A stretch of 62,549 nt of DNA, the filler included, from Stramenopiles sp. TOSAG23-3 (taxonomy: Eukaryota): NCBI GenBank assembly GCA_900128585.1. It is 9 parts of 9 records of this genome, joined end to end, with 100 filler letters (N's around TTAATTAATTAA, not from the genome) between each part and the next. Parts side by side here need not be neighbours in the genome. Positions count along the whole stretch, not along the records: positions 8,502 to 16,898 come from LT643024.1; positions 16,999 to 25,395 come from LT643025.1; 7 more parts are not named here. One strand, given 5' to 3'. Under the pieces are notes generated by a model, which was given only the letters and a program-made list of their open reading frames with translations, was not told where the DNA came from and did no database searches. Below are positions 9,794-19,842 of the stretch, piece by piece; position 1 is the stretch's first letter, and every line of letters begins with the position of its first letter. Position numbers and translations under genes: made by a program.

Positions 9794-11152
9794 ATGACGA
9801 ACTGCACCGCTACCTACAAAGAAGAACAAATCGACTTAAAAACACTCGCCGATGCAGTAAACGCGCTATGGATAGTGCTTGCCGGCTGCCTCTGCTTCCT
9901 CCTTCAGGCGGGCTTTGGGTTGCTTGAAGTTGGATCGGTGAGGGCGAAGAATTCACAAAACATCATGATAAAAAATTTGCTTGACGCTTGCGTTGGTGCG
10001 TTTGCGTACTTCGCGTTTGGTTACGGTTTGGCGTACGGAGACGGGAATGCAGTGTTCGGGTATTCGAAATTCTTCCTCGTAGGTGAAACTGACTTTGTTG
10101 GATTTTTCTTTCAGTTTGTGTTTGCATCGTCCACCGCAACAATTGTTTCTGGCGCAGTTGCAGAAAGATGTCGTTTCCGGGCGTATTTGATTTATTCCTT
10201 TATGTTGACCGGCTTCATATACCCCGTTGGCACACATTGGGTTTGGAGTCCAAACGGGTTTTTGGCCGCTCACGTTTCAGACTTCGCGGGGGGAGGAGCC
10301 GTACACATGATCGGTGGTGTCGCTGCCCTTTCTGGGGCTTGGATTCTGGGGCCAAGAATAGGGAGGTTCGAGAAAGACGAAACGACAGGAAAATGGATTT
10401 CAAAACCAATCCCACCACACAACCAAACGCTTGCCGCGTTAGGGGCGTTCATTTTATGGATGGGCTTCTTTCCCTTTAATGGTGCGTCTGGCCTGAATAT
10501 TGCTACCCCAGGTGGAGTTACCCAAACCGGACGTATCATAGTTGTCACTGTAATGGCTGGCGCGTCTGGCGGAATAACCCTTCTTTGTGCGGGAAAAATT
10601 CGTCTAAGACGTTGGGACTTAGGAATGGTCATCAATGGCATTCTTAGCGGCATGGTTTCCGTTTGCTCCTGCTGCAACGTCATTCACCCTGCGATTGGCA
10701 TCGTCATGGGCTGTGGCGGCTCCCTTGCTTTCTATGCCATGTCCGTTGCCGAGGAAAAGTTCGCCATTGATGACCCGCTTGGTGCAAGCTCCTTGCATTG
10801 TGGAAGTGGTGCATTTGGCCTAATTATCGGCGTTGGATTGTTAGGAGATCCAGTACTTGGGGGCGAAGGGTTGTTTTATACCGGTTCGTTCACAAAGTTT
10901 CTTTGGCAGCTGTTTGCCGGGGTGATTTTCTTTGCATGGTCGTTTGGGACATGTTCCATCATGTTCTATGCCATGAACAAAGCTGGAATATTCAGGGTGG
11001 CCAAAGACAGCGAAATTAGAGGAATGGATTCCCATCATCACGGTGGGGCGGCCTACGACATGAGCAGTATCAACGACGGCAAAAAAATCGAGATGCAGAG
11101 GACCGCATCAAAGAATTCATGGACCGCGCCAGCACCACCTAATGCAAAGTAA
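9794..11152 (+). CDS. AMT1: Ammonium transporter, Amt/Mep/Rh family (AMT1-like)
   Basis: LQAGFGLLEVGSVR.KN, FFFQFVFA..ATIVSGAVAER, HWVW, DFAGGGAVH, ILWMGFFPFNG, IDDPLGASSLH; both pore histidines present. Confidence 0.97.
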   Translation: MTNCTATYKEEQIDLKTLADAVNALWIVLAGCLCFLLQAGFGLLEVGSVRAKNSQNIMIKNLLDACVGAFAYFAFGYGLAYGDGNAVFGYSKFFLVGETDFVGFFFQFVFASSTATIVSGAVAERCRFRAYLIYSFMLTGFIYPVGTHWVWSPNGFLAAHVSDFAGGGAVHMIGGVAALSGAWILGPRIGRFEKDETTGKWISKPIPPHNQTLAALGAFILWMGFFPFNGASGLNIATPGGVTQTGRIIVVTVMAGASGGITLLCAGKIRLRRWDLGMVINGILSGMVSVCSCCNVIHPAIGIVMGCGGSLAFYAMSVAEEKFAIDDPLGASSLHCGSGAFGLIIGVGLLGDPVLGGEGLFYTGSFTKFLWQLFAGVIFFAWSFGTCSIMFYAMNKAGIFRVAKDSEIRGMDSHHHGGAAYDMSSINDGKKIEMQRTASKNSWTAPAPPNAK

Positions 11153-11800
11153 ACAGGCGGCCTGGGCGCTTTGTTGAATTAATATTTCCAGGGGACCCTC
11201 CTCCTGATATACCGTTTCACCCCTAAACATGTCCGACGCATTTCGCCTTTCCAGGAAATTCAACGCAGACGCGGGGGAGGTAACCGCGGACACAACACGA
11301 AGTTGCTTGCTAGACTATATATATCAAAACTATTACTTTTGCTAATTATTTGTTGCCGGTATAAATTCTTCTTATTATTATAGATTCGTTATTACTCATC
11401 ATACTCAATATCTATAATCTTATCATACGTTTAAAAACAAGAAAATTGGCTGATTTAAAAGTTACCAACTCCGAATCACGTTAAAAGTTTAGTTACGTTA
11501 CCATGGTGCAGCATTAAACGAGCAAAATGAGAAGCATTACATGCTATTTGGTAGTTGTTAGTCGTCTAGAAATGTACAGAAGGACTGAAATATATTACCC
11601 TAATACATAACACTAACTACGAAGAAAAAAGTGGAGCATATATGTCACGTATATTATCATAGCATAGGGTTAGTGTTACGTGTTATGTTACACAAAATAA
11701 CAACAGGTAAAAAGAATGAAATTAAGCGTCCAAAACGTTATAGGGTTTTGAGCGTTGTGTTTTGTGTGTGTTTTTCTTCGATCCTTCTTCTTCTAAAAAC

Positions 11801-12260
11801 AACTTCACCAGTAATTTAAATAATGCTGTGTAATGTATTTAAAAAGACTTGTGTGCGTGCTTTAAACAAGATGCTATTTTAATGTTATTTTATTTTACTT
11901 TCCTTATGTTGTGTTCATGTATGTTGTTTATAAAACCTTGAAGTTCTGCAGTTCTGCTGCTCTGATTCTTTCTTTCTTTTCTTCGAGAATCATCTCCACA
12001 ATCTAATAGGTAGTAGAAGAATATATAGTTAGCATTACAAGTACAAATACTCTTCTTAGTTTCAGCGTGTTTTTCTTCGATCTAAAGAAACTAACTTTTC
12101 AGCGTGTTTTTCTTCGATCCAACTTCACCAGTAATTTAAATAATGCTGTGTAATGTATTTAAAAAGACTTGTGCGTGCTTTAAACAAGATGCTATTTTTA
12201 TGTTATTTTAAAATTTGGATAATTATTTTACTTTCCTTATGTTGTGTTCATGTTGTTTAT
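11801..12260. repeat. Imperfect direct repeat of about 120-140 bp, copies 320 bp apart
   Basis: aacttcaccagtaatttaaataatgctgtgtaatgtatttaaaaagacttgtg... at 11801 and 12121; gtgtttttcttcgatc also occurs three times nearby. Confidence 0.9.
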
Positions 12261-12487
12261 TGTTTATGCAACAGAGATAGAAGGAAAGTATTTGTTTTTT
12301 CTATTGTAGACAAACAAACCCCATTGTTATATGAGCGCGAGGAGGAGTTCTCTCAACAATGTGGTTGGAGTTTTTTATCTTCTGAAGTTAGTGAAACTCG
12401 TAAGGTTTATTTGTTACGTTATCGTTTTCTTTTTATTGCCCAACTCAAAAAATAATAAACTTTTTAACTCTGCAATAGTTATTACAA

Positions 12488-13770
12488 ATGAAGCTTTCCA
12501 CGCTCGTCGTCCTTGCCGGTGCCTTACTGGCGTCTACTAGTGAGACCTTCGCTATCACGGAGCAAGAACAGGTCGATCAGTTCTATAAGGAAAAATATGG
12601 CGTAGTTACCAGACGCCTCGAAGTTGGTTCTGACACACCTCGAGTCCGCCGTCGGCTTGCTGCCGGCGCGTTTACCTCGTTGTTGGGCGCCATAGACGGC
12701 GTTTCGAGTACTGTGCAAGGGGTAACCAGTGCAGTCCAAGGAGTTGTAAATCTCTTCGGAAAAAAGTCCTCAGAGTCCATTGTCAATTCTTTGACAAACC
12801 GTGGCTTCAATGAGTTTTCTGCAAAAACGAAGGTTATGATTACCTCTATGCACACTAGCGTGTTTGATAGCTACGTGAAAGACCAGATCAGACTGTTGAA
12901 GATCCCTAGCAAACACAACCAACAGGTCAACAGTCTTCTGAAGAAGGCTACGTCTGTCTACAAGCAGGAGTGGATAAACATTGACACTACCTTCGATGAG
13001 AAGTCGGGGGGCTACGCCAGAAACTTCCAATTGATGACGTACCGTGATCATAACTGCGAAACTATGCACATGGTTATTGTTGAGCCGAACATCAAGTACA
13101 AGTTGAAAGAAGACTTGTTCATAATATCAAAATCGAAATCGTCGATGGGAGGAGCATTTAGTAAAACTAAACTTGACTTCAAGAGCGGAAAGATGCCGAA
13201 ATCCTTGGATGTTGATACTCTGAAATTCGTCAATGAGTATTTCCAAACCATGGCCCTCGCCAAATTGGCCGAGTCCAGAAGAATTGTCCAGACCGAATCT
13301 TACACCGAGCCGTGTTTGAAAAACTGGCAACCGCCCCCAAAGCAAATCTGTCCATGGTGCGATGAAATGGACGAGGACGACGAAGAAGCCGGTGGCTTCA
13401 GCGCCGAAGCTGGGTGGGAGGAAGGCGGGAAATATGCCAAAGTCAAGTGGGAGCAGGACGAAATGGACGCCGAAGAGGNNNNNNNNNNNNNNNNNNNNNN
13501 NNNNNNNNNNNNNNNNNNAAAGTCAAGTGGGAGCAGGACGAAATGGACGCCGAAGAGGACGACGAAGAAGCCGGTGGCTTTAGCGCCGAAGCTGGGTACG
13601 AGGAAGGCGGGAAATATGCCAAAGTCAAGTGGGAGGAGGACGAAATGGACGACGAAGAAGCCGGTGGCTTGAGCAGGAAATGGACGACGCCGTGCCTGGA
13701 CCGATGCAAGACTGGAGATCGATGGTGTCGGATGCGTTGTCATAACCCTATAACAACACAACGCCTGTAA
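12488..13770 (+). CDS. Secreted protein with repeated acidic-spacer/peptide C-terminus (spans a 40-N gap)
   Basis: Signal peptide MKLSTLVVLAGALLASTSETFA; the repeat DEMDAEEDDEEAGGFSAEAG(W/Y)EEGGKYAKVKWE continues after the gap in the frame of ORF 13414..13770, ending at TAA 13768-13770. Confidence 0.8.
13361..13668 (+). repeat. About 102-bp (34-aa) coding tandem repeat, at least 2 copies, interrupted by a gap
   Basis: Near-identical units either side of N 13479-13518; the 40 nt before and after the gap are identical. Confidence 0.9.
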
Positions 13771-14114
13771 AACAAACGAAGCCGTAGGGGCCCGGAACCC
13801 CGATCATGGTAATTGGCGGCTTTAAGCTTGTTGTTCATATGCCTATAGTCACTCTTCTCATTGGAATATAAATAATTCCTCTCAGTGATTGACAATCAAC
13901 GAAACGAAATTAAAAAATCAAATTAAACCGTCAAGATAGGACTAGGGTTGGAACTGAAATCGTAATAATTGATATAAAATGAGAGTCTTAAAGCTCATGA
14001 TACTATGTTATCATATCAAACTATCATGACTTAAAACATATGATATCTTACTTGTTTTTTTTTTGATATCTTACTATAATTTGTTTTAAAAATATAAATG
14101 CGTCTTTTTTTTGG

Positions 14115-16679
14115 TTAGAAAAGGTCCCGATCGAAGGCCGTCATCAATTCTTTTCGCGTTAAGATGCCGACAGCATTGTTGGAATTGTCCACGACAACTA
14201 GATGCCGCAGACCAAGAGATCGGAACAGGGTGTAGACTTTCGTTACCGGGAACGATTTGTGCACAGTCAAAGGGTGGTTATCCACGTAAGGGCTCAAATC
14301 CGTGGGGATCGCGGCTTGCCCCTCCGAGAGGGCCTCCAGCTCTGGCATCCTTACTCGCTTCGATTGCAAGGTGGTCGCGAACTCGGTGTATTTCAGCGTA
14401 AGGCTTTGGTTCCCATTGTCTGCCGCGCTCAGTATAGCGTTGACAAGGATCGATAAGTGGTTTCGTAGAATAAACCCGACCATTTTGTTCCGGTTGTTTG
14501 TCACCGGGAACCCACCATGAGTATTTGAATTTAGGACACGGACAATGTGCCCCACGGTGGACTTCATCGGGACAGAAATAACTGGGTACGTGGATATGTC
14601 TCCACACTTCATCTGCTCCATCCCGGTCGGAGGGTAGCTCTCTACAAACGGCATGCATTTTAGCTCAACATGCAAATCGTACAGCGAAATGTTGAAAAAA
14701 TCTCCCACCCATTTCGACACCGTTAACACCAGCATTATTGGAAGTAAAAACTGCATATTCTGCGTCGTTTCAAGCAAAATGACAGTCAAGGAGATGGTCA
14801 TGCGAGACACTCCCCCAAGCATTGCGACCGCGCCCATGAGGGCGTACGGGCCCTTTTTCACGTCCATGAGGAGGTGGTGCTTCAAGAACTCCCCCATGAT
14901 CCTCCCAAAACCGCAGCCCATTAAAATGCAAGGGACAAACAGCCCGCTCGGGACGGCAATTCCATAGGTAATACAGGAAAGAGCGAAAATAACAAGTGTA
15001 TAGACGAACAGCGAAAGAATGTCGTACTCGCCTTCGTTGTGAAAAAATCCCTTGATGATAATTTCAGAAGTCCCAAATATACTCGTCGCCATCGGATTGT
15101 ACTGGGTCGTTGCGTTGCACTGGTACGCAATGTAAAACTTTTCTTTCGAGAACTCTGCCACTGCTTTCGCCACAGCGGTGTGCGCGGCGGGTTTGGGAAG
15201 GTCGCGGCAAGACGAAAACAGGGCAGGGAGCCAAAACGCAAACGTTGCGGTCAGAAACGCCACCGAGAGTGCCTCGACGACCTTCAATTTGCTTTGCCCG
15301 GTAAGGTTGTCTCGTCTCCAGTGGCACAGCTTGGCGTTCAAATGGTTGAAGAGGGCGCCGAAGCAGCCGCCGAAAATGGCCAAGGCCAGGTAGAAAGGGG
15401 TCTCCCACACTTTGTACTGCGTCTCCGTCTCGGGGGGGCCGAACGAGATTAGGCCACCGAACGATGCATCCTTGTTTCCCTCTATTTTCCAAAGGTTCAA
15501 CGAGAAGGTCCCCAGCATCGAACAAAACATGCACATCCAAGTCAAGGAAACGCTCCAGTACGAGGCCGCCTCTTCCAGCGCAAAGAGCACGCCGCCGATC
15601 GGCGCCCCAAAAGCCGCTGCCACGCCAGCAGCGGCCCCACCGCTGACAAAGTCCCGCTTGTCGCGGTCGTTGCGGAACCGGAAAAGCCACTTCTTAGACC
15701 CAAAGTACGATTTGCAACCAGTCATGTGGGACAAGTTTGCCGCCATGACCGCGCCGCTGTGGACCATGGGCCCTTCCTTCCCGATGATCAAACCGCCGCT
15801 TACGCTGCACGTGACGCCGACAAGCTTGCACACGAGCGTTTTCATCCGCAGCAGTCGCAAGTAGTTTGTGCCGTTCAAATAGGCCTTGAGCTCGGGAATG
15901 CCACTCCCAGCGGCAACGGGCTCAATAAATGCGACGATGCACACCGCCACCCCCACCAGCCCCACACTGACCAACGCGTAAAAGAGGTACCCCAATACTA
16001 GCTCGTCGTTTTCCACGTAGCCCCTGGCAATTTCGAACTTCAAATCGCTGATGGCCTCCACAGCTTTGGCAACGACGAAGGCAAGGGTCCCCGTGATGCA
16101 ACCAATGACCGCAAAGACGAGCCACTTGCTGACACAGTTCGAATTGCATTTTTTTGCGGATTCTTCGTTCAGCTCCTGGATATACTCTTCGTAAACTTCT
16201 GAGTGCAACACGTCGTAGTCGAGCGACTCGTAGGAATTCATGAGCGCCCGTTCGGCGTCCGAAAACGTGTGGTGGTGCGGGACATGCTTCTTCGCGCCAT
16301 TGTCTTCTTTGGCCTGAGGGTCTTCAAAGGGAGACGACCGAAAGGTTTCGCTGTGTCGCTTCAAGTTCCTCTGGTGTTGCTCCGTGTGCATTTTCTGCCA
16401 CCGAGCTTCCAAGCCGTCGACGTCCCCCCCGAAGCTTTTCGCAAGGCTGATGGCGGTTTGCCCGTGTTTGATCGATTTCTGGGAGCCCCATCCTTGGGCC
16501 GGGTCCTTCTGAGCCGCTTTTTTCTTTTTTCCCGAGGACGTGAGAGTCAATTGGCTACCTTTCTGGTCTTGGAGTTCAACGTGTTTCAGAGACGCCGGCG
16601 GGGCCGACCCGCCAGAAGCCATTTTCGTATTGTCGTCGGAAGAACTGCTACTGCTTGCACCAACCCCGTTTGCGTCCAT
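14115..16679 (-). CDS. CLC chloride/proton exchanger (CLC-6/7-like) with two CBS domains
   Basis: YESLDY, GSGIPE, GKEGPMVH, RDFVSGGAAAGVAAAFGAPIGGVLFALEE, PSGLFVP, LFRSLGLRHLVVV. Confidence 0.97.
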   Translation of the reverse strand: MDANGVGASSSSSSDDNTKMASGGSAPPASLKHVELQDQKGSQLTLTSSGKKKKAAQKDPAQGWGSQKSIKHGQTAISLAKSFGGDVDGLEARWQKMHTEQHQRNLKRHSETFRSSPFEDPQAKEDNGAKKHVPHHHTFSDAERALMNSYESLDYDVLHSEVYEEYIQELNEESAKKCNSNCVSKWLVFAVIGCITGTLAFVVAKAVEAISDLKFEIARGYVENDELVLGYLFYALVSVGLVGVAVCIVAFIEPVAAGSGIPELKAYLNGTNYLRLLRMKTLVCKLVGVTCSVSGGLIIGKEGPMVHSGAVMAANLSHMTGCKSYFGSKKWLFRFRNDRDKRDFVSGGAAAGVAAAFGAPIGGVLFALEEAASYWSVSLTWMCMFCSMLGTFSLNLWKIEGNKDASFGGLISFGPPETETQYKVWETPFYLALAIFGGCFGALFNHLNAKLCHWRRDNLTGQSKLKVVEALSVAFLTATFAFWLPALFSSCRDLPKPAAHTAVAKAVAEFSKEKFYIAYQCNATTQYNPMATSIFGTSEIIIKGFFHNEGEYDILSLFVYTLVIFALSCITYGIAVPSGLFVPCILMGCGFGRIMGEFLKHHLLMDVKKGPYALMGAVAMLGGVSRMTISLTVILLETTQNMQFLLPIMLVLTVSKWVGDFFNISLYDLHVELKCMPFVESYPPTGMEQMKCGDISTYPVISVPMKSTVGHIVRVLNSNTHGGFPVTNNRNKMVGFILRNHLSILVNAILSAADNGNQSLTLKYTEFATTLQSKRVRMPELEALSEGQAAIPTDLSPYVDNHPLTVHKSFPVTKVYTLFRSLGLRHLVVVDNSNNAVGILTRKELMTAFDRDLF

Positions 16680-16898
16680 CTATCGATATGAAACAGTCAA
16701 TAGGAAGTCGTTTTTAACAATTTTTGACAGTGACGATTCTTTTCATTCCTTTCCCCGTTAGATATAATTTTCTTTCGTTCTCTGTCCCTTTGTCGTTGGT
16801 AGACAGATAAGATACGGTACTTCTTACGTTTTAAGAAAAACAACAAAACTTCAACCACCACCCAAACCAACAACAATAACAACCAACAACAACAACAA

Positions 16899-16998
16899 NN
16901 NNNNNNNNNNNNNNNNNNNNNNNNNNNNNNNNNNNNNNNNNNTTAATTAATTAANNNNNNNNNNNNNNNNNNNNNNNNNNNNNNNNNNNNNNNNNNNN
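16899..16998. other. Artificial contig linker
   Basis: 44N-TTAATTAATTAA-44N. Confidence 0.99.
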
Positions 16999-17960
16999 TA
17001 TGTTTCCTGGGCCGGCTTTGAGCTGTCTAGAATCCCCGTTATTTGTTTCATCATTAAATATCCTTCTTGTTCCAGTGTACGGTCAACCAGAGTTTGTGCG
17101 ACCTGATCCACTGCGAGATGAAGACTTCCCGCATGATGTGGGTAGCATTTAGCAAAGTCGTTCATTCCAAACACATGGCAATCAAGAATTTTAGTATTAA
17201 AGTTACTATTTTTGCACATGGGTCGTGAAACTGTTGCAAAGTATCGGCAATTATTTTTAGGGGGGACATAAAATTGCAAACTTACTGGGTAATGTCTATC
17301 CTTGACCCCCGAAAACAAGAAAGTAGCACTTTCGGAGTATGTCAATATAAATCGTTTGTAATTATATCTGACAATCACAGCTAAATTGTTCAAAATCAAA
17401 GCTATATCAGAAACGTTATACATGTTGAACATGTGCGACTGCAGTTTAATTAAAATTGATTTTACATTTGTATTGGCCTTTGGCAACTTAACAATACCCT
17501 TACCTGTGATACAGGAGTACCAACAGTTAGGAGAACTACTTTCTTTGCTAAAGAGCACAATATCTGATATATTCATCTTCAAATTTTTCCCGTTGTATTT
17601 TTTCGCGGAGCACAAATTGCGCAATAATCTACTAAGCGTGTCACAGTGATTGATTTTTGAGGATGTTTCAAGCCCGTGCGCATCAATCTCTTTCTTTCCT
17701 GGTATTTTCATATTGACGTATCGTTGTCGAGGAGAGTGTGGGGCATTACAGTTATAAAGAGGGCGATATGGATGCAAAGTTTTGGAAGCAGATAGATTCT
17801 CATCAGACAAACCCAGTGTGCAATCTTTCGGTTCACAGGCTATGATGGAATCATATGAAACTGTAAATTGATGTTTTTCGCCATTAAGTTTTCCACGGAG
17901 TTTCCACCTATTGCCGGCGGCATGGTTGGCTTTTGAGTTGGTATCTTGGTTCATAAGCAT
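16999..17960 (-). CDS. Hypothetical protein (3'-truncated)
   Basis: About 320 codons open from ATG to contig end in AT-rich DNA; no family recognised. Confidence 0.6.
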
Positions 17961-18360
17961 GTAATCGCTAACATGCTGAGTATGGATGATTTAGTGCTCT
18001 AGTAGAAAATATAATCTTTCAAATAAACTGGATACACGAAATCTTTTAGCCTGGTTGGTCCTAGAAATGAAGTTAAAACATTCCCAATTCTTGGCGAAAA
18101 GTGATTAGTTGAAAGTTTATATTAAGTGCTATGAATGCGTGCACGGTTTGCACGGTTATAAAAGTTGATGCATGCTCCATTGTTGTTAAACTGTCAAATA
18201 TCATCTTGAATGTGAGTAGTTTTATTAGTAGAATAGATAAAAGTACAAAAAAGACTAAGTGGACTAAGAGACTTCCTGTTCAGAAAGTATTACACGGAAG
18301 CAATTACATACTTGTATCCAGTTATTTGTAGTGTTCAAATATTGTTCTTTGCACGAGGGT

Positions 18361-19027
18361 GGATGGCTATAAAATTTCATTTTTTACCAATTTTTAACCG
18401 ACTATTTTAATGCTGTATCTATATTATTAAGTGTACAATATAATGATATAGTAGAATGTTAGGGAGGAGAATTCCTTATTTTCACGATATTCGTTCTTTC
18501 CTCTGCTAACAAAAAAAAAAGACAATAGTACGTAATAATAATTTAAAACTGTAAGTAGTAAGAAGGACACAACTTTTTTTCCATAATTATAGTCGATCTT
18601 GTGTGATGTTAATTTTGATTAAAGTTTTTATTTTTTATAGTAATTTTCGCACTTCTTCTTTTTATAATATTTTAACTGTGCTGTGTACATGTTAAAATTA
18701 AATATAATATTTACCCTTTTAACTCTCCACTCCAGTTCCATCCTCAGGAGTGAAAAAAGCCCCTTTCATTTTTTATTTCTATGCTGTGTAAATGCTATTA
18801 TTCTTCCACTTTTATTTTTTAGAAATGAAGAAGTGGTTTTTTGTCAATAAGCTGATTTAATAAATTAATAAAAAGAAGAACGAACGAATATCGTGAAAAT
18901 AAGGAATCCTCCTCCCTTACATTATACTATATGCTCTGATGATACTGTACACTTAATAATATTAATACAGCATTAAACCAATCGGTTAGTCTAAAAAATG
19001 GTAAAAAAAATGAAATTTTAGACATCC
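18361..19027. repeat. Diverged inverted repeat, arms about 140 bp
   Basis: 18361-18497 (taaaatttcattttttacc...tattattaagtgtaca...ttccttattttcacgatattcgttc) mirrors about 18882-19027. Confidence 0.75.
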
Positions 19028-19842
19028 CCCCCCCCATGGGCACTAATCGAACCACAAAATACCAGAATCGTCACCTCCACCAATACAGCTACTCAGCAAA
19101 AGATCTTCGTATGACAGTGTACAATTAGCCTTTTTTGTAACGAACGAATAATATAATGCTATTGCCTGTATTTGTTTAGATCACAGAAACACAGCCACAG
19201 AGCGACGATTAACTTCAGTCGAAGAAACTTGAAATAAACTGCGTCCTGGTAATATTTGAAGGTGATTGGTTGTCAAAAACATGAGTTAAACGTAACTTAA
19301 TCTACCAGAAAGATCTCTCTTTTCTACTTTCCTCCCATCGACCTCGTTTGTGACGGACGTACAACGACTTGTATTGACTCTCCTTTCCAGGTAATTCATC
19401 CTGTTTTAATCTATGCGATATTCGACGTTTCTCAGCCATTCATTTCTCTTCTAGTATGGCTTGCAGGGCTTCGATTTCCTTTCATGTCCTCTTTTGTCGT
19501 TCATTTCCTTGACTTAACAAGGAAAACCACGAAGTTAACAGAAATATATGGTTAAAAATATTACACTCTCGTCATCCTCACAAATCATAAATTATCTCCC
19601 AAGAAGTCGGAAGCAAACCTCTGATAAAGTGCATTATGACCAGGAGCCAGCACCCATCATCCCCTGTCAGATGCCGTTGGCTAGATAACAGTCTGCCATT
19701 GTGTCGGAATGGATTGTGGAGACTATTGCATTCTGGCGAGATGGGTACGTAGCGGAAATAGCCTCCATTCACGGGCTTCTTCATTTTCGAGAAGCTGTGT
19801 GATCCTATATTGCTCTTAATAGTGTTTTAAAACAATATTGCT

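Noticed and set aside
13519..13672. Basic C-terminus KSSGSRTKWTPK... of ORF 12488..13672
   Set aside because: Frame artefact of the 40-N gap; the repeat continues in the other frame to 13770.
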